Part shown: one piece after another, positions 18,631 to 26,392 of the stretch
Position numbering within the stretch: the first letter of the stretch is position 1
Layout of the letters: each line of letters starts with the position of its first letter
Made by a program: the position numbers and the translations under genes
DNA from: Quadrisphaera sp.
Lineage (GTDB): Bacteria > Actinomycetota > Actinomycetes > Actinomycetales > Quadrisphaeraceae
DNA: 64,000 nt
Assembly: GCA_029257185.1 (NCBI GenBank)
Contig: JARICT010000082.1
Location: forward strand, 9,100 to 73,099
Direction: 5' to 3'
The notes under the pieces: generated by a model
Told to the model about the DNA's origin: nothing
What the model saw: the letters and a program-made list of their open reading frames with translations, nothing else
Database searches by the model: none

Positions 18631-19607
18631 GCCACGTACCGGCGGGCCACCGAGGCGGCCTGCGGCGCTTCGAGGACGCGGAACCTCGCCTCGACGGAGG
18701 GCGCCAGGACGCGGCGCTCGCGCAGGACCCACGGCAGGCCCCGCAGCGCGTCGAGGACCCCCAGCGCCCAGGTGCGGTCTCGCCTCGCCGAGCGCGTCAG
18801 CACCGCCGCGCGCCGCGCCACCGCGGGCCACGGGCGGCGCAGCAGCAGGAACCACAGGGCGTTGCTCACGCCGTCGCGGCGCCGGCGCACCGACTCGCGG
18901 GCGACCGAGGCCCGGTGGTGGACGGTCAGCGCCTCCGTGAAGCACAGCTCCCAGCCCGCGCTCGCGAGGTCGGCCGCGAGCAGCTCCTCCTCCCCGCCCA
19001 GCCACAGCCGGTGGTCGAACCCGCCCACGGCGGTGAACGCGGCGGCGCGCACCACCGAAGCGCCGGCGAGGAAGCTGCCCAGCGCGGGCCCGGGCAGGCC
19101 GGGGCGGGCGCCGACGACGGGGGAGTCCCGCAGCTCCGCGACGATGGGGTCCTCGGTACCGGCGGGCTCGACGACGATGCGCGCGGTGAGCACGGCGACG
19201 TCCTCGTGCGCGTCGAGCAGCGCGGCGGCGCGCTCCAGCGACCCGGGCTCCCACCAGGTGTCGTCGTCGCAGAAGGCCACGTGGGGCGTGGTGGCGCGGG
19301 CCACGCCGACGTTGCGCCCCGTCGCCCCGGCGTTGTACGGCAGCGCCACCAGGTCGAGCCGCTGCCCTGCGGCCGTGAACCGCTGCCGCAGGGCGGGAAC
19401 CGTCCCGTCGGTCGACCCGTTGTCCACCACGACCACGCGCGGGCGCTCGGGCAGGTCCAGCAGGCGCGCGACCGCGCCCAGCGCCTCCTCGCGGCGCTGG
19501 TGGGTGATGAGCACGACGCTGACGCGGCCGTGGACGGCGCCGTCGCCGGGCGGCGCCGCGGTGGCCACGGAGCCCGGCTCGTCGGCGCGGTCTGTCGTCA
19601 GGGTCAT
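18627..19607 (-). CDS. glycosyltransferase family 2 (tandem paralog of 17755-18630)
   Basis: VSVVLITHQRREEAL...VVDNGSTDGT...LPYNAGATGRNVG...VAFCDDDTWW is collinear with the downstream gene. The ATG at 19605-19607 was verified. Confidence 0.8.
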   Translation of the reverse strand: MTLTTDRADEPGSVATAAPPGDGAVHGRVSVVLITHQRREEALGAVARLLDLPERPRVVVVDNGSTDGTVPALRQRFTAAGQRLDLVALPYNAGATGRNVGVARATTPHVAFCDDDTWWEPGSLERAAALLDAHEDVAVLTARIVVEPAGTEDPIVAELRDSPVVGARPGLPGPALGSFLAGASVVRAAAFTAVGGFDHRLWLGGEEELLAADLASAGWELCFTEALTVHHRASVARESVRRRRDGVSNALWFLLLRRPWPAVARRAAVLTRSARRDRTWALGVLDALRGLPWVLRERRVLAPSVEARFRVLEAPQAASVARRYVA

Positions 19608-19661
19608 CGTCAAGGATGATGCCGTCTCCGGTTGCCGTCCGCCCACCGGGAGGAACAATTC

Positions 19662-19688
19662 CCGCACCGGCCCATCGCGCCGGTGCGG
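19662..19688. promoter_or_regulatory. perfect 10-bp inverted repeat upstream of the DUF2795 gene
   Basis: CCGCACCGGC-CCATCGC-GCCGGTGCGG lies ~50 nt upstream of the GTG at 19737, in the divergent GT2/DUF2795 intergenic region. Confidence 0.3.
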
Positions 19689-19736
19689 CCACCGGCGCGT
19701 GCGTGCCCGGCCGCGATCCCGTCCGGAGGAGACGTC

Positions 19737-19931
19737 GTGGCCGACCAGCCCAGCCCCATCGATCTGCAGAAGCACCTGAAGGGAGTCGACTACCCGGCGG
19801 GCAAGGACGCCCTGGTCGAGGCGGCGAAGGACAACGGCGCACCGCAGGACGTCCTCGAGCAGCTCGGGACCATCGCCGACCGCGAGTACGAGGGCCCGTC
19901 GGGCGTGGTCGAGGAGTTCTCGAAGGGCTGA
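19737..19931 (+). CDS. DUF2795 small protein
   Basis: PIDLQKHLKGVDYPAGKDALVEAAKDNGAPQDVLEQL...YEGPSGV is the DUF2795 pattern. The GTG at 19737 is preceded by GGAGGA. Confidence 0.6.
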   Translation: MADQPSPIDLQKHLKGVDYPAGKDALVEAAKDNGAPQDVLEQLGTIADREYEGPSGVVEEFSKG

Positions 19932-19978
19932 GCCCTCCGACGCTTCAGGTCGGAGATCGTCGGTCCGATGCCACCGGC

Positions 19979-22348
19979 ATGACCGACGTCCAGGCCGCGC
20001 TGACGCCGGCGGACGAGCTCGACCGTGTGCTCGCCGCCGGCGTCCTGCGCAGCGTCTTCCAGCCCATCGTCGACCTCGAGTCCGGCGCTGTCGTCGCCTT
20101 CGAGGCCCTCGTGCGCGGACCCGAGGGACCGCTCGCGCGTCCCGACGAGCTCTTCGCCGCCGCCCGCGAGCACGGTCGCCTCGCCGAGCTGGACGCCGCG
20201 TGCCGCCTCTCCGCCTTCCGCTCCGCGGTCCGCCACGAGCTCTTCGACCCCGTGCTGCTCTTCGTCAACGTCGAGCCCCAGGTGCTGGACACCGCACCGC
20301 TGGACGACCTCCTGGAGGTGATGGCCGGCGCCGCCGGGGACCTGCGCGTGGTCCTGGAGATCACCGAGCGGGCCCTGGCCACCCGGCCCGCCGACCTGCT
20401 CGCCACCGTCGAGCGCGTCCGGTCCCTCGGCTGGGGCGTCGCGCTGGACGACGTCGGCGCGGAGCCGCTGTCGCTGGCGTTCATGCCGCTGCTGCGCCCC
20501 GACGTCGTCAAGCTGGACCTCGCGCTCACCCAGGAGCGGCCCGGCGCCGAGGCCGCGCAGATCATGAACGCCGTCGGCGCGTACGCCGAGCGCTCAGGAG
20601 CCGTGGTCCTCGCCGAGGGCATCGAGACCGAGCAGCACGTCGTCATGGCCAGGGCGCTGGGGGCCACCCTGGGGCAGGGATGGCACTTCGGGCGGCCCGC
20701 CGAGGTCCCGGACCTCAGCCGCCCGGTCATGGCGCTGGCCGCGCCGTCGCCGCCGTCGGAGATCGCCCCCTCGCCGTTCACCGCGCTGCCGCCGGGCACG
20801 GTGCTGCGGCGCTCGCCGAAGCCGCTGCTCATCGAGGTGTCCAAGCAGCTGGAGCGCGAGGCCCTGCGCATCGGGGAGACGGCCGTGGTCACCGCCACCT
20901 TCCAGCACGCCCGCTACTTCACCCCCTCGACCACGGCCCGCTACCGCGACCTCGCCGAGCGGGTGGGCTTCGTGTGCGCGCTCGGCGAGGACATGCCCGA
21001 GGAACCCGTCCCGGGGGTGCCGGGTGTCCGAGGGGTGCACGTGCCGCTCGAGGACCCGATCCTGGGGGAGTGGGACGTCGCCGTCGTCGGCCCGCACTTC
21101 GCCGGCGCCCTGCTGGCCCGCGACCTCGGCGACATCGGCATCGAGCGCGAGCGGATGTTCGAGTACGCCCTGACCTACGACCGCGACGTGGTGATCGCCG
21201 CGGCCCGCTCGCTGATGTCCCGCGTCGTGGACCCGCTGGCGCCCGTGCTCGCGTCGGAGGAGCTGCTCGCGGCCTCGCGCCCGGCGGAGCGGGTCCTGGC
21301 GAACGACGGCTCGAGCACGACCACGACGTCGCGGGGTCCGGCACCGCTCCCGGCCCGCCTCGCCGCACCGGTGGACCCGGCGCTCATGGCCGTCCTGGCC
21401 CCGCAGGTGGCCGCCCTGCAGGAGGGCGGCCCGCTGGCCCGAGCGCTCGAGGCGTCGACGTCGGGCATCACCGTCTGCGACGCGACGGCCCCGGACTCCC
21501 CCCTGGTGTACGTGAACGGGGCCTTCGAGGCGCTCGCCGGCTTCGACCGCGAGGACCTCGTCGGCCGCAGCTGCCGCTTCCTCCAGGGCCGCGACAGCGA
21601 CCCGGCCGCGGTGGCACGCCTGCGCGCGGCCGTCGCCACCGGCGGCCACGCCCGCGAGACGCTCCTCAACTACCGGGGACCGGCGCGCACCCCGTGGTGG
21701 AACGAGGTCGTCATCTCCCCGGTCCACGACGCCGAGGGCGCCCTCGTGCAGTACGTCGGGGTGCAGACCGACGTCAGCGCCCGCGTCGAGGCGCAGCGCG
21801 CCCTGCGCCTGGAGCGCGACCGCGCCGCCAGCCTGCGCGGACGCCTCGACACCCTGGCGCGCACCGACGCCCTGACGCAGCTGCTGAACCGGCGCGCGTT
21901 CACCGAGGCCTTCGAGATCGCCCTGTGGGACGCCCGGGCCTCCGGCGACTCCCTCGTCGTGGCCCTGTGCGACGTCGACGGCCTCTCGGACATCAACGCC
22001 GAGCACGGCACCGCCGTCGGTGATGCGGTCCTCGCCGAGGTCGCGGCGCGGTTGCGCCGCCGGGTGCGCCGCAGCGACCTGCTCGCCCGCACCGGTGACG
22101 ACCAGTTCGTCGCCGTCCTCACCGGCCTGCACCGCAGCAACGCCGCGCCGTTGGCGGAGACCTTCACCGGCGCCGTGCACGAGGCGATGACGCGCCCCGT
22201 GGAGACCGCGCTGGGGCCGGTCGAGGCTCGCCTGAGCATCGGCGTCAGCGGGCACCCGGGCGACGGCGACGGCGCCGCGCACCTGGTCCGCACCGCCGAG
22301 GCAGCGATGCGCCGCGGACGGGAGCGCCGGTCTCCGACGAGGGTCTGA
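19979..22348 (+). CDS. EAL phosphodiesterase - DICT - LOV (PAS) - degenerate GGDEF signalling protein
   Basis: EAL catalytic set: FEALVRG, FVNVEP, LEITER, ALDDVGAEP, VKLD, AEGIETE, GQGWHFGRP. The DICT-like block is TATFQHARYF..RYRDLAE...GEWDVAVVGPHFAGALLA. The LOV core is VYVNGAFEALAGF..EDLVGRSCRFLQGRDSDP...LLNYRG...WWNEVVISPV.D..G....YVGVQTDVS, with Cys codon TGC at 21572-21574. In the GGDEF domain the motif is replaced by GDDQF (22091-22108) and the RxxD I-site (RRSD) is retained. Confidence 0.85.
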   Translation: MTDVQAALTPADELDRVLAAGVLRSVFQPIVDLESGAVVAFEALVRGPEGPLARPDELFAAAREHGRLAELDAACRLSAFRSAVRHELFDPVLLFVNVEPQVLDTAPLDDLLEVMAGAAGDLRVVLEITERALATRPADLLATVERVRSLGWGVALDDVGAEPLSLAFMPLLRPDVVKLDLALTQERPGAEAAQIMNAVGAYAERSGAVVLAEGIETEQHVVMARALGATLGQGWHFGRPAEVPDLSRPVMALAAPSPPSEIAPSPFTALPPGTVLRRSPKPLLIEVSKQLEREALRIGETAVVTATFQHARYFTPSTTARYRDLAERVGFVCALGEDMPEEPVPGVPGVRGVHVPLEDPILGEWDVAVVGPHFAGALLARDLGDIGIERERMFEYALTYDRDVVIAAARSLMSRVVDPLAPVLASEELLAASRPAERVLANDGSSTTTTSRGPAPLPARLAAPVDPALMAVLAPQVAALQEGGPLARALEASTSGITVCDATAPDSPLVYVNGAFEALAGFDREDLVGRSCRFLQGRDSDPAAVARLRAAVATGGHARETLLNYRGPARTPWWNEVVISPVHDAEGALVQYVGVQTDVSARVEAQRALRLERDRAASLRGRLDTLARTDALTQLLNRRAFTEAFEIALWDARASGDSLVVALCDVDGLSDINAEHGTAVGDAVLAEVAARLRRRVRRSDLLARTGDDQFVAVLTGLHRSNAAPLAETFTGAVHEAMTRPVETALGPVEARLSIGVSGHPGDGDGAAHLVRTAEAAMRRGRERRSPTRV

Positions 22349-22392
22349 GGGACGACCCCAGCGGCGCCGGCCGTCGGTGCCGGTCCTGCGCG

Positions 22393-23415
22393 TCAGGTCG
22401 CCAGCGACGCGACCGCGGCCACCACGTCGTCGACGGTGGTGCGCTCCAGCACCGGGTCGACGGCGTCCGCGTGGGGATCACCGGCCGGGACCATCCCCGG
22501 GCGGTGATCGCCGGGGGCCGGCCACAGCACCACGTGACGGTCGTGGTCGATCGCCGGACCCCACCGCGAGGGCGGCGTCGGCCCGAACAGCAGCACCGAG
22601 GGCGTCCGCGCGGCCGTGGCGACGTGGGCCACACCGGTGTCCCCGCAGACCAGCAGCGCCGCGCCCGCCACCGTCTCGGTCAGAGCGCGCAGGTCCAGGC
22701 GCCCGCAGCGGTCCTCGCCGGCGCGCGCCGTGACGGCGGCGCACAGCGCCGCCTCCGACGCCGTGCCGGTGACGACCACGCGGTCCCCGCCGGCGACCAG
22801 GCGCTGCGCGAGCGCGGCCCACCGGTCCGCAGGCCACCGCCGCGAGCCCGACGCGGCCCCCGGGTGCAGGACGACGACCCGCTCTTGCGACGACGCCTCC
22901 TCCTGGCGGCGGGCGAGCGCGGGCAGCACGAGGTCCTCGCGCCCGCACGGGCCACCGGCGGAGCGCACCAGGGCGCACCAGCGGTCCACCTCGTGCGCGT
23001 CGGGGTCGAGCGGGAGGCCGCCGGGGACCACCGTGCTCGCGGGCGCGACAGTCACGGCGGGGCCGAGCGCCGCCAGCGCCGCGGCGCTCTGCGGCCCGTC
23101 ACCGTGGAGGTTCATGCCGACGTCGACCGCCCGCTCCAGGCGTTCCCGCAGCTCCGGCGACGCGCGCCGCACCGCTTGGAGCAGGGCGTCCGGTGCCAGC
23201 GGCGCCAGCCCGCTGACGTCCAGCACGTCGTCGACCACGGCGTGCTCGCGCAGCAGCTCGCCCACGCTCCGCGGGCACGCGAGGACCAGGTGCGCGCCGG
23301 GGAACGCCCGGCGCAGGCCCCTCAGGGCCGGGACACCGGTGAGCGCGTCCCCGAGACCGAGCGCCCGCAGCGCGAGGACGGTCCGGACGGCGCCCGCCCC
23401 CGGCACCGCTGGCAT
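22393..23415 (-). CDS. glycosyltransferase family 9 (heptosyltransferase-type)
   Basis: VLALRALGLGDALTGVPALRGLRRAFP...VVLHPGAASGSRRWP..RW..LA..L...G..VVVTG...LLVCGDTGVAHVA.A..TPSVLLFGPT is the GT9 pattern. The ATG at 23413-23415 was verified. Confidence 0.8.
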   Translation of the reverse strand: MPAVPGAGAVRTVLALRALGLGDALTGVPALRGLRRAFPGAHLVLACPRSVGELLREHAVVDDVLDVSGLAPLAPDALLQAVRRASPELRERLERAVDVGMNLHGDGPQSAAALAALGPAVTVAPASTVVPGGLPLDPDAHEVDRWCALVRSAGGPCGREDLVLPALARRQEEASSQERVVVLHPGAASGSRRWPADRWAALAQRLVAGGDRVVVTGTASEAALCAAVTARAGEDRCGRLDLRALTETVAGAALLVCGDTGVAHVATAARTPSVLLFGPTPPSRWGPAIDHDRHVVLWPAPGDHRPGMVPAGDPHADAVDPVLERTTVDDVVAAVASLAT

Positions 23416-23432
23416 CCTTGTCGCCGGCCGGC

Positions 23433-24173
23433 TCAGGGCCAGGACGGCTCGGTCGAGACCGTGACCACCAGCTCGCGGACCTCGGTCCCGATCGGCTGGC
23501 GCAGCGCGTGCACCACGGACAGCGCCACCTGGCGGGGGTCCATGAGGGCGGCGTCGGGCCCGGGCTTGTACTGCTCGGTGCGCCCGTCGAAGAACGCGGT
23601 GCGCATGCCCGCGGGCACGAGCATCGTCACGCCCACCTGACCGGCGAGCTCGAGCTGCAGCGCCCGCGTGAGGCCGACGACGCCGAACTTCGAGGCGCAG
23701 TAGGCGCTCGCGTCCGACGCCGCCCGCAGGCCGAGGGAGGAGCCGACGGTGACCACGGTGCCGCGGGCCTGCACCAGGTGGGGCAGGCAGGCGCGCACCG
23801 CGGCGGCCGTGCCGACGAGGTTGACACCGATGACCTTCTCCCACGAGGCGGTGCCCACGTCCTCCAGGCGCCCGACGGCGTCGGTGCCCGCAGCGGTGAG
23901 CAGCGCGGTGGGCGGGCCCACCTGCTCCACGAGGGAGGCGACCGCCGCCTCGACGGCGCTCGCGTCGGAGACGTCGGCGATGGCGTGCGGACCGCCTGAC
24001 GGCGGGGCGTCGCGGTCGATGACGGCCGCGACGCCGCCCAGCGCCGTGACCACCTCGACGACCGCCGCGCCCAGCCCGGACGAGCCGCCGGTGACGTAGA
24101 CGGTCCCCAGCTCTCGCTGGGGCGCCAGCCCGAGGTCGGCCAGGGCGTCGTGCTCGGGCGCAGGGGTGGTCAT
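23433..24173 (-). CDS. classical short-chain dehydrogenase/reductase
   Basis: TGGSSGLG cofactor motif, NLVG, a YCASK (YxxxK) catalytic motif, ~246 aa. The ATG overlaps the upstream stop (ATGA at 24170-24173). Confidence 0.85.
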   Translation of the reverse strand: MTTPAPEHDALADLGLAPQRELGTVYVTGGSSGLGAAVVEVVTALGGVAAVIDRDAPPSGGPHAIADVSDASAVEAAVASLVEQVGPPTALLTAAGTDAVGRLEDVGTASWEKVIGVNLVGTAAAVRACLPHLVQARGTVVTVGSSLGLRAASDASAYCASKFGVVGLTRALQLELAGQVGVTMLVPAGMRTAFFDGRTEQYKPGPDAALMDPRQVALSVVHALRQPIGTEVRELVVTVSTEPSWP

Positions 24174-26392
24174 GCGGGTGCCTCCGTGAGGTGGTGGTCG
24201 GGTGGGGGCGCCGGCGCCGCGCCGCGCGCCAGGGTGGACGTGGTGGAGCGGCCCTCGAGGTGGGGCAGGAGGACGACCTCGCCGCCCCAGCCGCGCACCA
24301 GGGGAGCCTCGGGCAGGTCGGCGACGGCGTAGTCGCCGCCCTTGACCCACACGTGAGGACGCAGCCGGTTCAGCGCGTCGCGGGGGTCGTCCTCGTCGAA
24401 GACGAGCACCGCGTCGACGCTGCCGAGCGCGAGGAGCACCGCGGCGCGGTCGGCAGCGGTGTTCACCGGTCGCCCGGGGCCCTTGAGGCGGCGCACCGAG
24501 TCGTCGGAGTTCAGCAGCACCACGAGGGCGTCACCCAGGCGCGCGGCGCCGGCGAGCATCGACACGTGCCCGGCGTGCAGCACGTCGAAGCACCCGCCGG
24601 TGGCGACCAGGCGGCCCCCGGTCGCGCGCACCCGTGCGGCGAGCGAGGCCGCGCCGGGGCCGCCGGCCAGGTCCGACGCCGCGTCGTCGCCGTCGTGGGA
24701 CGCCCGCCCCCGGGCGCTGCCGAGGCGGACCCGCTGGCGCCACCCGCTGGCACCGCCCGCGTCCACCCACGCAGAGGCAGCGCCGACGGCGACCGCGACG
24801 GCGCTGGCGGGGTCGGCGCCGCGTGCCAGGGCGATCGCGGCGCTGGCGGCAAACCGGTCGCCGGCCCCGGCGGGGTCGCCCGAGGCCACGGGCGGCGCGG
24901 GGACGTACAGGGCGGCGTGCTCGCCGTCCTGCCCGCCATCGGGGTGCTCGCGCGCCAGGAAGGCCCCGTGGGCGCCGGCGGTCACGGCCACGGCCGCGGC
25001 GGCCCACCGCCGCTGCAGCGCGGTGCAGGCCCGCTGCGGCTCGGCGTCCGCGTCGCCCAGGACCCGTGCCCCCTCGGAGACGTTCGGGGTGACGAGGGCG
25101 CAGCCCAGCACCGGCTCGCCGCCGCGCGGGTGCGGGTCCCACACCACCGGCGCGGTCCTCGCGGCGAGCTCCAGCGCTGCCCGCACGGCCGGCTCTCTGG
25201 TGGTGCCGGCGCCGTAGTCGCTCACCAGCACCACGTCGGCGCGCTCCAGCACCTCGGCCAGCGACGCGGCGTCCACTCCCAGCGGCGCGCCGCTCCCGCC
25301 GTCGTCGAGGCGGACGAGCGACTGCCCGGCCACCCGCACGCGGGTCTTGGTGCGCGTGCCGCCGTCGTGGCCCAGCCCGTGCACCCCCACGCCGCCGCTC
25401 TCCAGCGCCGCGCGCAGGCGAGCGCCGGCGTCGTCGTCGGCCAGCGGCGTCACGAGGGTCACGCTGACGCCGGCTTCCTCGCAGAGCAGGGCGGTGAGGC
25501 CGGCGCCGCCGGGGCTCTCGTGGGTGTCGCCGACGTCGACCACGGGCACGGGCGCGTCGGGCGCGACCCGCTCGGCGGTGCCGAGCACGTCGCGGTCGAG
25601 GACCACGTCGCCGACCACGACGAGCCGCACCGCGCGGGGCCCCGGCCCAGCGGCTCTCTCGACCTCCCGCGGCGCGGGCCGGGGCCGGCGGGGCACGACG
25701 GTCGGTGAGGGCTCGTCCGCCGTCGCGGCCGTCGCGGGTATCGCGGCGGCCGCTGGTGGTGGCGCCGGGGCGTGCTCGTGACCGTCGCCGTCCAGCGCGC
25801 GGACCCGGGCGTCCACCGCCGCGCACAGCGCGTGGATCGCGACGAGGTGGCCCTCCTGCACCGCCGACGTGGTCGGTGCCTCGAGGCACAGGGCGTCGTC
25901 GCTCAGCGCGCTCAGCGGGTTCGGCCCCGGACCCGTCAGCGACCACACCGTCAACCCGTCCTCGCGGGCGCGGCGGGCGGCGGCGAGGACGTTCTCGCTG
26001 CGCCCGCTGGCGGAGAGCAGGAGGAGCACGTCGCCGGGGCGGCCGTGGGCGGCGACGCCGCGGGCGAACACGTCGTGGGCGCCGTAGTCGTTGGCGATCG
26101 CCGTGGTCGAGGACGTGTCGGCGTGCAGCGCGATCGCCGACAGCGGCCGGCGCTCGCCGACGAACCGGCCGACCAGCTCCGCGGTGAGGTGCTGGGCCTC
26201 GGCGGCGCTGCCCCCGTTCCCCGCTGCCAGGAGCCGCCCGCCGCCGGCCAGGACCGCGCCGAGGTGCGTGCCCCAGGCGTCGAGGCGCTCGCCCGCGCCG
26301 ACCAGCTGGCCGACCACGGAGCGCAGCTCGTCGGCGTGGCCGCCGAGCCAGCCGGCGGCCGGGCCGGCGCTCGCGCCCCCTCGGGCGGTCAT
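24170..26392 (-). CDS. tri-domain fusion: phosphoheptose isomerase (GmhA, SIS) + heptose-7-P kinase + heptose-1-P adenylyltransferase (HldE)
   Basis: This is a single frame with no stop. The SIS domain has GNGGSAAEAQHLTAEL and SASGRSENV. A Pro/Ala linker of ~60 aa follows. The PfkB kinase domain has VVVGDVVLD and GAGDRF. The cytidylyltransferase-fold domain has GGCFDVLHAGH and VKGGDY. The ATG at 26390-26392 overlaps the upstream stop. Confidence 0.75.
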   Translation of the reverse strand: MTARGGASAGPAAGWLGGHADELRSVVGQLVGAGERLDAWGTHLGAVLAGGGRLLAAGNGGSAAEAQHLTAELVGRFVGERRPLSAIALHADTSSTTAIANDYGAHDVFARGVAAHGRPGDVLLLLSASGRSENVLAAARRAREDGLTVWSLTGPGPNPLSALSDDALCLEAPTTSAVQEGHLVAIHALCAAVDARVRALDGDGHEHAPAPPPAAAAIPATAATADEPSPTVVPRRPRPAPREVERAAGPGPRAVRLVVVGDVVLDRDVLGTAERVAPDAPVPVVDVGDTHESPGGAGLTALLCEEAGVSVTLVTPLADDDAGARLRAALESGGVGVHGLGHDGGTRTKTRVRVAGQSLVRLDDGGSGAPLGVDAASLAEVLERADVVLVSDYGAGTTREPAVRAALELAARTAPVVWDPHPRGGEPVLGCALVTPNVSEGARVLGDADAEPQRACTALQRRWAAAAVAVTAGAHGAFLAREHPDGGQDGEHAALYVPAPPVASGDPAGAGDRFAASAAIALARGADPASAVAVAVGAASAWVDAGGASGWRQRVRLGSARGRASHDGDDAASDLAGGPGAASLAARVRATGGRLVATGGCFDVLHAGHVSMLAGAARLGDALVVLLNSDDSVRRLKGPGRPVNTAADRAAVLLALGSVDAVLVFDEDDPRDALNRLRPHVWVKGGDYAVADLPEAPLVRGWGGEVVLLPHLEGRSTTSTLARGAAPAPPPDHHLTEAPA

